In this document: piece by piece, positions 1-8,291 of the stretch
How the letters are laid out: every line of letters begins with the position of its first letter
Numbering within the stretch: position 1 is the first letter of the stretch
Assembly: GCA_964485345.1 (NCBI GenBank)
Contig: CAZAJB010000003.1
Coordinates: 12,474 to 76,473 of the forward strand
DNA: 64,000 nt
Source of the DNA: an uncultured Clostridiaceae bacterium
GTDB lineage: Bacteria > Bacillota > Limnochordia > Darwinibacteriales > Darwinibacteriaceae
Direction of reading: 5' to 3'
The notes under the pieces: generated by a model
Database searches by the model: none
Told to the model about the DNA's origin: nothing
The model's input: the letters and a program-made list of their open reading frames with translations, nothing else
Translations under genes and position numbers: made by a program

Positions 1-533
1 TGTTCAGCCAGACTCGGCATGGGCAACCCTACTACATTATAATAACAACCTTTTATACTTTTCACAAGTAGTCCGCCAAACCCTTGGATGCCGTAACCTC
101 CTGCTTTGTCAAAAGGTTCTCCAGTGGCAATATAGGCCCTAATCTCTTCATCATCAAGCCGGCGAAACTGCACGCTAGTTGTTTCGCTGAAGTCCCGAAC
201 GACTTGACCGTTACGACTCAAGACCACATAGGTTGTTACCTTATGTTGGCGTCCACTTAAGAAACGCAACATAGAAAAAGCATCGCCTGCATCTACCGGT
301 TTTCCTAAAATGCGCCCATCCTGGGTCACAATGGTGTCGGCCCCGAGCACCAGACAGTCTGAAAAAACGCTACTTATGGGAACCGCCTTAGCGATGGCAT
401 TAGCCCTTGCCACAGATAGGGGATCTCCCTGCTCTGATTCGATCGTAGACTGTGCCCTCACCGTAAAGGAAAAACCGAACTGCTCAAGTAACGCTTTGCG
501 CCGCGGTGATTGGGATGCTAGGATTAGATTCAT
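1..533 (-). CDS. maf: Maf-like nucleotide pyrophosphatase / septum formation inhibitor family; C-terminus cut by window edge
   Basis: Own minus-strand translation from ATG at 533-531: MNLILASQSPRRKALLEQFGFSFTVRAQ...LGADTIV...GEPFDKAGGYGIQG...YYNVVGLP. These are hallmark Maf motifs. Absent from the ORF track because there is no stop inside the window. Confidence 0.85.
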   Translation of the reverse strand, partial: MNLILASQSPRRKALLEQFGFSFTVRAQSTIESEQGDPLSVARANAIAKAVPISSVFSDCLVLGADTIVTQDGRILGKPVDAGDAFSMLRFLSGRQHKVTTYVVLSRNGQVVRDFSETTSVQFRRLDDEEIRAYIATGEPFDKAGGYGIQGFGGLLVKSIKGCYYNVVGLPMPSLAE

Positions 534-597
534 AAACGTTGCCACCTTGTTTTGACTAAGTATGATATTCACCCTTACTCGCTAATTCCCTTCTCAA

Positions 598-624
598 AAA
601 AAGAGAGTCCATGCCGGACTCCTC
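598..624 (-). terminator. Putative rho-independent terminator after the 63-aa ORF
   Basis: Minus strand reads GAGGAGTCC-GGCAT-GGACTCTC followed by TTTTT, a few nt after the stop at 628. The stem has one bulge, so this is moderate. Confidence 0.45.
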
Positions 625-627
625 TGC

Positions 628-819
628 CTAACGCTGCCAATGGGGTAAAGTGGTAGTTCCAAGCTCCTTCGCAACTTCAAAGAGGTATTTGTCTCGATGA
701 ATCCTATTACGATTGAGTTGCCAAGCCTCTAGATGCTTGTAGTGCGAGTATAAGACATCTCCCGGTCGCAGCAGTTGTTCCTCAAGGTCAAATTTGAGAC
801 GCTCTAGGTTATGGTCCAT
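628..819 (-). CDS. Small hypothetical protein (63 aa), no family recognised
   Basis: ORF lies 21 nt downstream of the spoIID stop on the same strand and is followed by a hairpin plus T-run. No transmembrane segment or motif recognised. Confidence 0.45.
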   Translation of the reverse strand: MDHNLERLKFDLEEQLLRPGDVLYSHYKHLEAWQLNRNRIHRDKYLFEVAKELGTTTLPHWQR

Positions 820-839
820 CTTCCTCCTCCATTCCCAAG

Positions 840-1802
840 TTAGTAAGCTTGGTGCAGCTCAATTCCCTTGTAATAGTATTGGAGAATTTCAGAGTAACCA
901 TACCCTTGTTGCGCCATTCCTTGTGCGCCGTATTGGCTCATCCCCACGCCATGACCATAACCCCAGACGGAAAAGACCATTTCGTTGCCTATGATCTCCG
1001 CTGTAAACCAGGTGGAGCGCAAAGACAGACGCTGCCTGATTTCTCGTCCGCTAAACCATTTTTCTCCCACTTCTACCGTCTTCACTCGCCCCGAGGGATA
1101 GCGTTCGACGACCTTGAAATTCTGCACGTTTGCAACATCGAGCACATGCGCCAAATTGCTGACCTGAATGGTAGCAGTCGAGTAGTGGCTCGGCGAATTG
1201 GCGCTAAAGGGGTCATCCACAGAACGCAAGTAAGGGAGGGACTCGCTCCAGTAGTGCTCAGAGTTTTCTGTCCGTCCTCCGCTGGTTGAATGGTAGACGG
1301 CCAAAATGGGTTCCCCATCATAGAGGGCGACAATTCCTTCCGTCTGCTTGACTGCTTTTTTGACCTTGCGCTGGAGCACTAAACCGCTTGCCCCGCCGTT
1401 TCGTTGCAGGAAGGTGTCCCACGATATCCAAGCCTGACCAGATTGGAAGTCCGAGGAAAGATGCGCTTCGGGATGCTCGGGAACCCGTTCATCCCGGGAG
1501 ATACGCCGCAAAGCATAGGTCCTAGCTGCCACCGCTTGGACCTTCAGGGCCTCTAAATCAAAACTCGCAGGCATTTCTGCGGCCACAACGCCTTGTACGT
1601 ATTCTTCCAACGTCATAGAAAGAAGCTTATCCTGCTCCGCATCCCACAGCCCCACGAGGGGGATGTCTCGAGGAGAAAAAAAAGAGACCGTGCAACTACG
1701 TACTAACAATGCCGGTAACCCAACCAACATGATAAATAGAATCACTAGGGGAAGACAAGAACGACCCCTAGAACGTTTGCGTCTTCTTCGTTTTGTCCTC
1801 AA
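840..1802 (-). CDS. spoIID: Stage II sporulation protein D (SpoIID/LytB-domain lytic transglycosylase)
   Basis: N-terminal transmembrane helix, then AVAARTYALRR, YHSTSGGRTENSE and GHGVGMSQYGAQGMA motifs typical of SpoIID. The track start is a TTG at 1802 preceded by GGGAGGGAG, so the exact start is uncertain. Confidence 0.85.
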   Translation of the reverse strand: MRTKRRRRKRSRGRSCLPLVILFIMLVGLPALLVRSCTVSFFSPRDIPLVGLWDAEQDKLLSMTLEEYVQGVVAAEMPASFDLEALKVQAVAARTYALRRISRDERVPEHPEAHLSSDFQSGQAWISWDTFLQRNGGASGLVLQRKVKKAVKQTEGIVALYDGEPILAVYHSTSGGRTENSEHYWSESLPYLRSVDDPFSANSPSHYSTATIQVSNLAHVLDVANVQNFKVVERYPSGRVKTVEVGEKWFSGREIRQRLSLRSTWFTAEIIGNEMVFSVWGYGHGVGMSQYGAQGMAQQGYGYSEILQYYYKGIELHQAY

Positions 1803-1850
1803 AAAAAACTCCCTCCCACCCAGTTCATTACTATGAACGGGCGGAGGGTG
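1801..1850 (-). terminator. Rho-independent terminator downstream of the ferredoxin gene
   Basis: Minus strand reads CACCCTCCGCCC-GTTCATAGTAATGAAC-TGGGTGGGAGGG followed by T8. The 3' arm and T-run overlap the spoIID RBS and start region. Confidence 0.6.
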
Positions 1851-1860
1851 TTATGCCTAG

Positions 1861-2031
1861 TTAGATCTCACTAATTGCGCCTTCTGGACAAGCATCTGCA
1901 CAAGCCCCGCAATCAATACATGCCTCAGCATCAATAGAATAATGTTCAGTTCCCTCACTAATAGCCTCAACAGCACACTCTGGCATGCAACTACCGCAGC
2001 TTATGCAAGCGGTACTAATTTTAAACGCCAT
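1861..2031 (-). CDS. 2x[4Fe-4S] ferredoxin (56 aa), below the ORF-track length cutoff
   Basis: Own translation: MAFKISTACISCGSCMPECAVEAISEGTEHYSIDAEACIDCGACADACPEGAISEI*. It contains two CxxCxxCxxxCP-type clusters typical of clostridial ferredoxins. Confidence 0.85.
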   Translation of the reverse strand: MAFKISTACISCGSCMPECAVEAISEGTEHYSIDAEACIDCGACADACPEGAISEI

Positions 2032-2124
2032 CAATCTTCGCCCCCTTTTTCACAAAGCTTTCTTCCTAAGAATAGCAAAGTGTCCAAAGGCTGTCAACGA
2101 TCAACGAACAACAGATGGCTGCCA

Positions 2125-2634
2125 TCATCTAACGATGATGGCTTCAAAACCCTTCCCTACCAACTCCTCGACCAGTCTCGTAGCATTCGCCTGGGAGCCA
2201 AAGGCTCCTGTTTGCACTCTATAGGGCGGTCCTGGGACAATAATCCCCTCATACCCCGTTTCCTTTAGCATAGCCACCATGCGATCAGCGTTGGCGCGTT
2301 CCGAAAAGACACCAACCTGGACACGGTATAGGGTCTCGCTTTGCTGCGGTGGCGTGGCCGGTGTCGGCCCCCCTTGCGTTGATGGGGTTGGTACCGAAGA
2401 TACAGACGGTGGATCTTCCCTTGGACTGGCCGGTGCATTGACAGTGACTTCTTGCCGTACAGGTTGCTCCGTCGTTTGATGCTGTTCCTGTAAAGCCTGG
2501 ACAGCATACTTACCGATCAGGTAGCCAAAGAAAATGAACACTATACTAAGCGTAATCAAGGTGACCACGAAGTTTGTTCTTTGTCCGGACCTTTTCTTCT
2601 CTTTCTTATCCTTTTTCTGCGTGGCCATCGCCAA
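2125..2634 (-). CDS. SPOR domain-containing membrane protein (septal peptidoglycan binding)
   Basis: Lys-rich N-terminus, one transmembrane helix (FVVTLITLSIVFIFFGYLI), a Pro/Thr-rich linker, and a C-terminal SPOR-like repeat (YRVQVGVFSERANADRMVAMLKETGY...YRVQTGAFGSQANATRLVEEL). Confidence 0.75.
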   Translation of the reverse strand: MAMATQKKDKKEKKRSGQRTNFVVTLITLSIVFIFFGYLIGKYAVQALQEQHQTTEQPVRQEVTVNAPASPREDPPSVSSVPTPSTQGGPTPATPPQQSETLYRVQVGVFSERANADRMVAMLKETGYEGIIVPGPPYRVQTGAFGSQANATRLVEELVGKGFEAIIVR

Positions 2635-2651
2635 TCCCCCTCACCATATAG

Positions 2652-3917
2652 TTACAGATGCGGATGGAAAATCCTTTTTACCGAACCGATTAAATAGAGG
2701 GAACCACATACGCAAAGCGGCGTCGTTGTGGTGGCATCCGCCAGGGCCTCCGAGAGGTTCTCGTACCCACTCGCCACGCCGCCATGGCTCTTGACGTAAT
2801 CCACCATGATTCTAGGTTGCATGGCAGCTAATCGCCCGCTGTCCGCTGCGGCAAAAACAAAGCGCTTGGCCAATGGTAAGAGGGGATCCAAGAGCTCGAG
2901 GTTCTTCGTATGCAGCATACCGAAGAGAAAGGTGAACTGTTCTCCAAGCTCCTTCTGGAGCTGCACGATGCTCTCGGCTAAAACGGTAATGCCCTCTTCA
3001 TTGTGAGCACCATCGAGCAAGATAAAGGGGTCCCTTGATACAACCTCTAGACGACCTGGCCATACCACTTCTTGCAGGCCCTGGCTTATGGCTTCAGAGG
3101 GAATGGTATACCCTAGAGTACGAAGCTCTGTCAAAGCCAAGAGGGCTGTAGCGGCGTTGTGCAGCTGGTGAGGACCTAAGAGTCCTGTATGGATCAGACC
3201 GATCCCGGGGAAAGTTAGCGAACCCCCAGAAAGATTCCAGCCGTGTGCAAGCCAAGGTATATCATTCGTACTCCTCCACGGAGCACGTCTTGCGGCCGCA
3301 ATTCGCTTGAGGGTGATTTCTGCCACAGCCGACTGAACTCCGCTAACGATGGGCACGTCTTCTTTGATAATGCCGCCTTTTTCGGTGGCAATCTCTGCGA
3401 GGGTCGATCCCAATCGATCCTGATGATCGAAACCGATAGTAGTAATCACCGTCAGAACGGGATTCACCACGTTGGTACTATCAAGGCGTCCCCCAAGGCC
3501 TGTTTCTATCACCGCTAGCTCAACTTGCTCTTGCTGAAAATACAGAAACACTGCAGCAGTAGCTAACTCAAATTCGGTTGCTGCACCGAACTGGGGATAC
3601 ATAGATTCAACCTCTTTGCATGCCGCCTCAGCTCTGGCCACAACCTGCTCGAGCCTCTGGTCATCAATGGGTTCTCCATTGATCCGAAAACGCTCATTGT
3701 AGCGTACTAGGTGGGGCGAAGTAAAGGTCCCCACCTTCAGTCCACTACGCATTAAGACGCCTGTTAGCAGAGCCGACACTGAACCCTTGCCGCTCGTACC
3801 GGCAATATGAATGCAGGGCAAGTCCTTGTGAGGATTTCCTAAGGCCTCACACACAAGCCTGATCCGTTCGAGCCCTAAATGACTGCCAAAACGTTCTCTC
3901 TGACCCATCGTTGTCAT
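2652..3917 (-). CDS. folC: Bifunctional folylpolyglutamate synthase / dihydrofolate synthase
   Basis: Mur-ligase P-loop IHIAGTSGKGS, FTSPHLVRYNERF, and LDGAHN in the C-terminal domain. Immediately downstream of valS, as in many Firmicutes. Confidence 0.9.
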   Translation of the reverse strand: MTTMGQRERFGSHLGLERIRLVCEALGNPHKDLPCIHIAGTSGKGSVSALLTGVLMRSGLKVGTFTSPHLVRYNERFRINGEPIDDQRLEQVVARAEAACKEVESMYPQFGAATEFELATAAVFLYFQQEQVELAVIETGLGGRLDSTNVVNPVLTVITTIGFDHQDRLGSTLAEIATEKGGIIKEDVPIVSGVQSAVAEITLKRIAAARRAPWRSTNDIPWLAHGWNLSGGSLTFPGIGLIHTGLLGPHQLHNAATALLALTELRTLGYTIPSEAISQGLQEVVWPGRLEVVSRDPFILLDGAHNEEGITVLAESIVQLQKELGEQFTFLFGMLHTKNLELLDPLLPLAKRFVFAAADSGRLAAMQPRIMVDYVKSHGGVASGYENLSEALADATTTTPLCVCGSLYLIGSVKRIFHPHL

Positions 3918-6560
3918 CTATCCCTGCATCTCCTGGAGTAAACTTTTGAGCCGCTCAGCTGTAGCACGGTACGATTCTACCTTTTCCCGTTCCTTGTCCA
4001 CCACCTGTGGCGGCGCCTTCGTAATAAACCCTTCGTTCTGTAATTTACTTTGTGCCCGTTCAAGGTCGAGTTCTGTCTGCTCGAGGTCCCTTTTTGTCCT
4101 CTCAATTTCCGCTTCCATATCTACAAGATCCGCGAGGGGCAGAAAGATGTTTACTCCATCAACCACGGCGCTTAGGGCTTTAGCGGGTTTCTGCCCCACA
4201 TCCTGCATAATAAGGGTTTCGAGTCCAGCGAGATTCAGAATATCCTGCTCGGCCGCGGCTAATAATTCCTGCACCCCTTGACTACCTTGGCAAATCGCGG
4301 TGATCTTACGTCCCGGTGGCACGTTCTTTTCGCTGCGCAGCGTGCGAATCTCGGTGATGATGGCCATAATTGTATTCATGGTCTTCTCATCAGCAGGCGA
4401 TGCCAATCCTTCTGGCTCAGGCCAAGGAGCTAGCATGATCGAGTCACCTTCATGGGGTAGATTCTGCCAGATCTCCTCAGTAATAAAGGGCATGTAGGGA
4501 TGGAGAAGTTCAAGTGTACCTCTGAGTACGTACCACAGGGTATATTGCGCTACGTAACGAGATTCTTCCCCCTGCTTTCCATAGAGCCTAGGCTTGACTA
4601 GTTCAATATACCAGTCACAGAGTTCATTCCAGAGAAACTCATACAAGACACGAGCTCCTTCACCCACATCATAGCGCTCTAGGAACCGTGTCACCTCCTT
4701 GGCTGTGAACTCGTAGCGACTTAGAATCCAATGGTCGGTAGTTGTCAACTCGAGTGAACCCATGTTTTGCTTTCGGTGATTGAAATCGGTGAGATTCATC
4801 AGGGCAAATCTCGATGCATTCCAGATCTTATTGGCAAAGTTGCGATACGCTTCCACCTTCTCAGGCATGTAGCGCATGTCGTTGCCTGGCGCCACCCCGA
4901 TCACCAAATTAAACCGGAGAGCATCAGCGCCATATTGATCGATGGCATCTAAGGGATCAACCCCATTGTTAAGCGACTTGCTCATTTTTCTCCCCTGAGC
5001 ATCCCGAACCAAACCATGGATCAACACCTCGCTAAAGGGACGATCACCCATGAACTCATAGCCCATAACAATCATGCGGGCGACCCAGAAGAAGATGATG
5101 TCAAATCCAGTGATCAAGACCGCCGTCGGATAGAAGTGGCCGAGTTCCGCCGTTTCATCCGGCCATCCTAATGTGGAAAAAGGCCACAGTGCTGAGGAAA
5201 ACCAAGTGTCTAAGACATCAGGGTCTTGCTCAATACGCTCTGAATCGCAGGCAGGGCATTGGGTGGGCTCATCTACACTGGCGAAGACCTTTCCGCAATC
5301 CACACAATACCAAACCGGAATACGGTGACCCCACCAGAGTTGCCGGGAGATGCACCAATCCCTCAAGTTCTCCATCCAACGAAGATAGTGTTTATTGAAA
5401 CGCTCGGGTACGAAGCGAATCTCCCCGTTTTCAACGGCCGCAATGGCGGACTTAGCCAGTGGCTCCATTTTGACAAACCACTGTTTGGATACAACTGGTT
5501 CTACAACTGTATTGCAGCGATAGCACTGCCCAACGGCGTGATCATGGTCTTCAACCTTGACTAAAAGACCGAGTTCTTCTAGATCGCGGAGTATCTGCCG
5601 CCGGGCCTCATAGCGGTCCAAACCAGCGTACTTGCCTGCCTCTGTCGTCATTTGGGCATCCAGGCCAATCACTTGAATCTGGGCCAGATTGTGACGCAGC
5701 CCTATCTCAAAGTCATTCGGGTCGTGAGCTGGCGTTATCTTGACCATCCCCGTACCAAAGTCAAGGTCCACGTATTCATCAGCTACAATTGGAACTTGGC
5801 GATCAACCAAGGGGACGGTCACGGTCTTGCCAAGGAGATGTTTGTAGCGCTCATCCGCGGGATTCACGGCTATAGCTGTATCGCCTAGCATCGTCTCGGG
5901 TCTCGTTGTAGCAATTTCGATAAAACCACTGCCATCGCTAAAGGGATACTTGACATGATACAGCTGACCCGTCTGATCTTCGTGTTCCACTTCGATATCA
6001 GAAAGGGTAGTGGCGCAGTTAGGACACCAGTTTACGCTATAGTTTCCCTGGTAGATCAAACCCTTGTCAAAGAGACGCACAAAGACCTCCCGCACAGCCC
6101 GGGAACAGCCTTCATCCATCGTGAAGCGCTCTCGCTCCCAGTCGAGAGATGCTCCTAGTTTCTTGAGCTGGTTGAGGATTTGATTGCCATAGTCTTCTTT
6201 CCAGGCCCAGGTTCGCTTGAGAAACTCCTCGCGTCCTAGCTCGTGGCGGGTCTTCCCTTCTGTAGCACGAATGTGCGACTCAACTCTTGCTTGCGTAGCT
6301 ATACCGGCATGGTCCGTACCTGGAATCCAAATCGTATTGAGACCCTGCATGCGCTTCCAGCGCACTAGAATATCCTGATACGTGTTATCAAGTGCATGGC
6401 CCATGTGTAGCTGTCCCGTAACGTTTGGTGGCGGGATCACCACACAGAAAGGCTCTTTGCCGGCGTCTACCTCCTGGTGAAAATAGCCGTTCTCCTGCCA
6501 ATAGGTGTACCACTTCTGTTCAACTTGTTTCGGATCGTACGTTTTCTCCACTGTCGTCAC
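3918..6560 (-). CDS. valS: Valine--tRNA ligase
   Basis: 880 aa. HIGH-type motif PPPNVTGQLHMGHAL, KMSKS motif, C-terminal coiled coil, and a preceding T-box leader. Confidence 0.97.
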   Translation of the reverse strand: MTTVEKTYDPKQVEQKWYTYWQENGYFHQEVDAGKEPFCVVIPPPNVTGQLHMGHALDNTYQDILVRWKRMQGLNTIWIPGTDHAGIATQARVESHIRATEGKTRHELGREEFLKRTWAWKEDYGNQILNQLKKLGASLDWERERFTMDEGCSRAVREVFVRLFDKGLIYQGNYSVNWCPNCATTLSDIEVEHEDQTGQLYHVKYPFSDGSGFIEIATTRPETMLGDTAIAVNPADERYKHLLGKTVTVPLVDRQVPIVADEYVDLDFGTGMVKITPAHDPNDFEIGLRHNLAQIQVIGLDAQMTTEAGKYAGLDRYEARRQILRDLEELGLLVKVEDHDHAVGQCYRCNTVVEPVVSKQWFVKMEPLAKSAIAAVENGEIRFVPERFNKHYLRWMENLRDWCISRQLWWGHRIPVWYCVDCGKVFASVDEPTQCPACDSERIEQDPDVLDTWFSSALWPFSTLGWPDETAELGHFYPTAVLITGFDIIFFWVARMIVMGYEFMGDRPFSEVLIHGLVRDAQGRKMSKSLNNGVDPLDAIDQYGADALRFNLVIGVAPGNDMRYMPEKVEAYRNFANKIWNASRFALMNLTDFNHRKQNMGSLELTTTDHWILSRYEFTAKEVTRFLERYDVGEGARVLYEFLWNELCDWYIELVKPRLYGKQGEESRYVAQYTLWYVLRGTLELLHPYMPFITEEIWQNLPHEGDSIMLAPWPEPEGLASPADEKTMNTIMAIITEIRTLRSEKNVPPGRKITAICQGSQGVQELLAAAEQDILNLAGLETLIMQDVGQKPAKALSAVVDGVNIFLPLADLVDMEAEIERTKRDLEQTELDLERAQSKLQNEGFITKAPPQVVDKEREKVESYRATAERLKSLLQEMQG

Positions 6561-6632
6561 TCCCTCATTAAACGCTAACTACCGCGTGTCACGTCCCACT
6601 TATCGAAGTCGGAGTCGTCTTATCAAATGGAT

Positions 6633-6890
6633 AAAAAAAGGCCCTTCGTCTCGTAAGGACGAAAAGCCATGTTCGCGGTACCACCTTAATTCTCCCTGCA
6701 CATGCAGGAAGCTCTCAGAAGTTATAACGGAACCACCGTCTTAAGCTACCTGCGTTACAGTTCACCTAAGAAGCTCCGGGGCGACTTCTATGGCCACATA
6801 CTTAGAAAGCTCACAGCTCAAGGCTTTCCTCTCTGGAAGGGTGATGCCATCTACTACTCCCCATCAACACTCTATGCAATTCGCTAATAA
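6633..6890 (-). promoter_or_regulatory. T-box leader (tRNA-sensing riboswitch) of valS with terminator/antiterminator
   Basis: The reverse complement of 6671-6691 is AATTAAGGTGGTACCGCGAAC, close to the T-box consensus AAnnnGGGTGGTACCGCG. It is followed by the hairpin GGCTTTTCGTCCTTACGAGACGAAGGGCC plus T7 (6633-6668). Upstream AGAGAG and GCTGTGAGC stem-I-like elements are present. Candidate specifier is GAA-GUC-G (GUC is the reverse complement of 6783-6785), which encodes Val. Confidence 0.85.
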
Positions 6891-6919
6891 GCCCATAATA
6901 CACTGCAGACCGGCTGCTG

Positions 6920-7393
6920 TCAAGCGTCTTTAGTCTCGCCGGCGCCGTCCTCAAATGAAGTTTGGCGGCAGTTAGCGCACAGACCAAAGAACCGCAGACA
7001 ATGATCGGTCACCTCAAAACCAGTTTCTTCAGCAATTCGGCGTTCAATGCTCTCAAGAAGGTCACTATGGAACTCACCGATAGCACCACACTTGGTGCAA
7101 ATCAAATGGTGGTGATAATGCTCTTCGTCAGTTCCGAGCCGAATTTCATACCGATTTTGGCCGTCGCCATAGTCAAGACGGTGAATGATGCCAAGCTTCT
7201 CTAAGAGTTCTAGGTTACGATAAACTGTTGCCAAACCGATTTCGCCATAGAGCTGCTTGGTGTGCATATAGATGTCTTCGGCTGACAAATGACCCTCAGA
7301 ATTAGCAATAAGTACATCCACAACAGCTTCTCTCTGTGGTGTGAGCCGATGGGACTCCTGTTCGAGTCGGGTACGTACCCAATCTTTCAACAT
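6920..7393 (-). CDS. Fur-family metalloregulator (Fur/Zur/PerR; subtype not resolved)
   Basis: 157 aa. Winged-helix N-domain (GLATVYRNLELLEKLGII), HHHLICTKCG and a CANC metal-site motif. Confidence 0.85.
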   Translation of the reverse strand: MLKDWVRTRLEQESHRLTPQREAVVDVLIANSEGHLSAEDIYMHTKQLYGEIGLATVYRNLELLEKLGIIHRLDYGDGQNRYEIRLGTDEEHYHHHLICTKCGAIGEFHSDLLESIERRIAEETGFEVTDHCLRFFGLCANCRQTSFEDGAGETKDA

Positions 7394-7407
7394 GCCTCCA
7401 CCCCCTG

Positions 7408-8226
7408 TTAACTAAAACGCCAATAAAAGAACTGAACCATGATGAAGCCAACTCCTAAAACCGAGGCGAAGTAAACCAGCCAAGAACGCCAATCGCTCAG
7501 GTCTAGGCGCCGCCTCGAATCGGTGAATGGGGTCTGGATATGAAAGTAGAACCAAGCAGAACCAAATATCACAGAAGCAATGGTGTAGAGCCAAGGATTT
7601 GTGGATTCACCAAACACCTCGCGGTAGGGCATCAAGAAACGTTGTGCAAGGGCACTTAGGGCTAAGTATCCTAGTAACAACTGGCCGTCATAGCGCAGAT
7701 TACGGCGAATCCGCCATAAGAAGGAAAAAATAACATAGTATACCAGGGCTGAGTACAAAGGCAGAGGGTGCAGCATAAACTCACCGAGATCAACACCCCA
7801 GCGGCTCAAGGTCTCCCGTCCGAGAATACTCGAGCCCAAGTATCCCAGGGACTGAATCAAAGCAATGGAAGGAACTAGGCTGTCCAAAAAACTAGCTGGA
7901 TTCTCTACACGGCGAATCAGAAAATAAAAGGTATAGACCCCAACGGCAAGAAGCCCTCGGGATTCATCCAACTGCATACCGGAAAACAGAGTCCAAGGAT
8001 AAATGAAGGTACGCAAGCCATAAAGAGGGTAGACATGGGCAATACGACCCACAACGACAAACACCAATAATGCCTTAACGATGAAACGAAAGACAAAATC
8101 AGATCCTATACCCTTACGCCTCGCTTCCCGCTGTGCGAGTGCAGACCCAATCAAGAGTCCTAGACCCAACATGAATCCATAGGAGTAGACGGGAAGGTTG
8201 GCAAAGAAAAATATGACATTCTCCAT
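7408..8226 (-). CDS. Lgt-like polytopic membrane protein (divergent prolipoprotein diacylglyceryl transferase family)
   Basis: N-terminus YSYGFMLGLGLLIGSALAQREARRKGI and LHPLPLYSAL resemble the Lgt signatures (WYG...RE..RRG and HP..LYE). The HGG and GRxGNF motif positions read ESRG and GYLGSS. Confidence 0.55.
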   Translation of the reverse strand: MENVIFFFANLPVYSYGFMLGLGLLIGSALAQREARRKGIGSDFVFRFIVKALLVFVVVGRIAHVYPLYGLRTFIYPWTLFSGMQLDESRGLLAVGVYTFYFLIRRVENPASFLDSLVPSIALIQSLGYLGSSILGRETLSRWGVDLGEFMLHPLPLYSALVYYVIFSFLWRIRRNLRYDGQLLLGYLALSALAQRFLMPYREVFGESTNPWLYTIASVIFGSAWFYFHIQTPFTDSRRRLDLSDWRSWLVYFASVLGVGFIMVQFFYWRFS

Positions 8227-8291
8227 TCGAGATTCCTACCCTTCTAGGCCCTAATTCCCTAACCCCATGGGAAAATCCTGCTAACCTGGGG

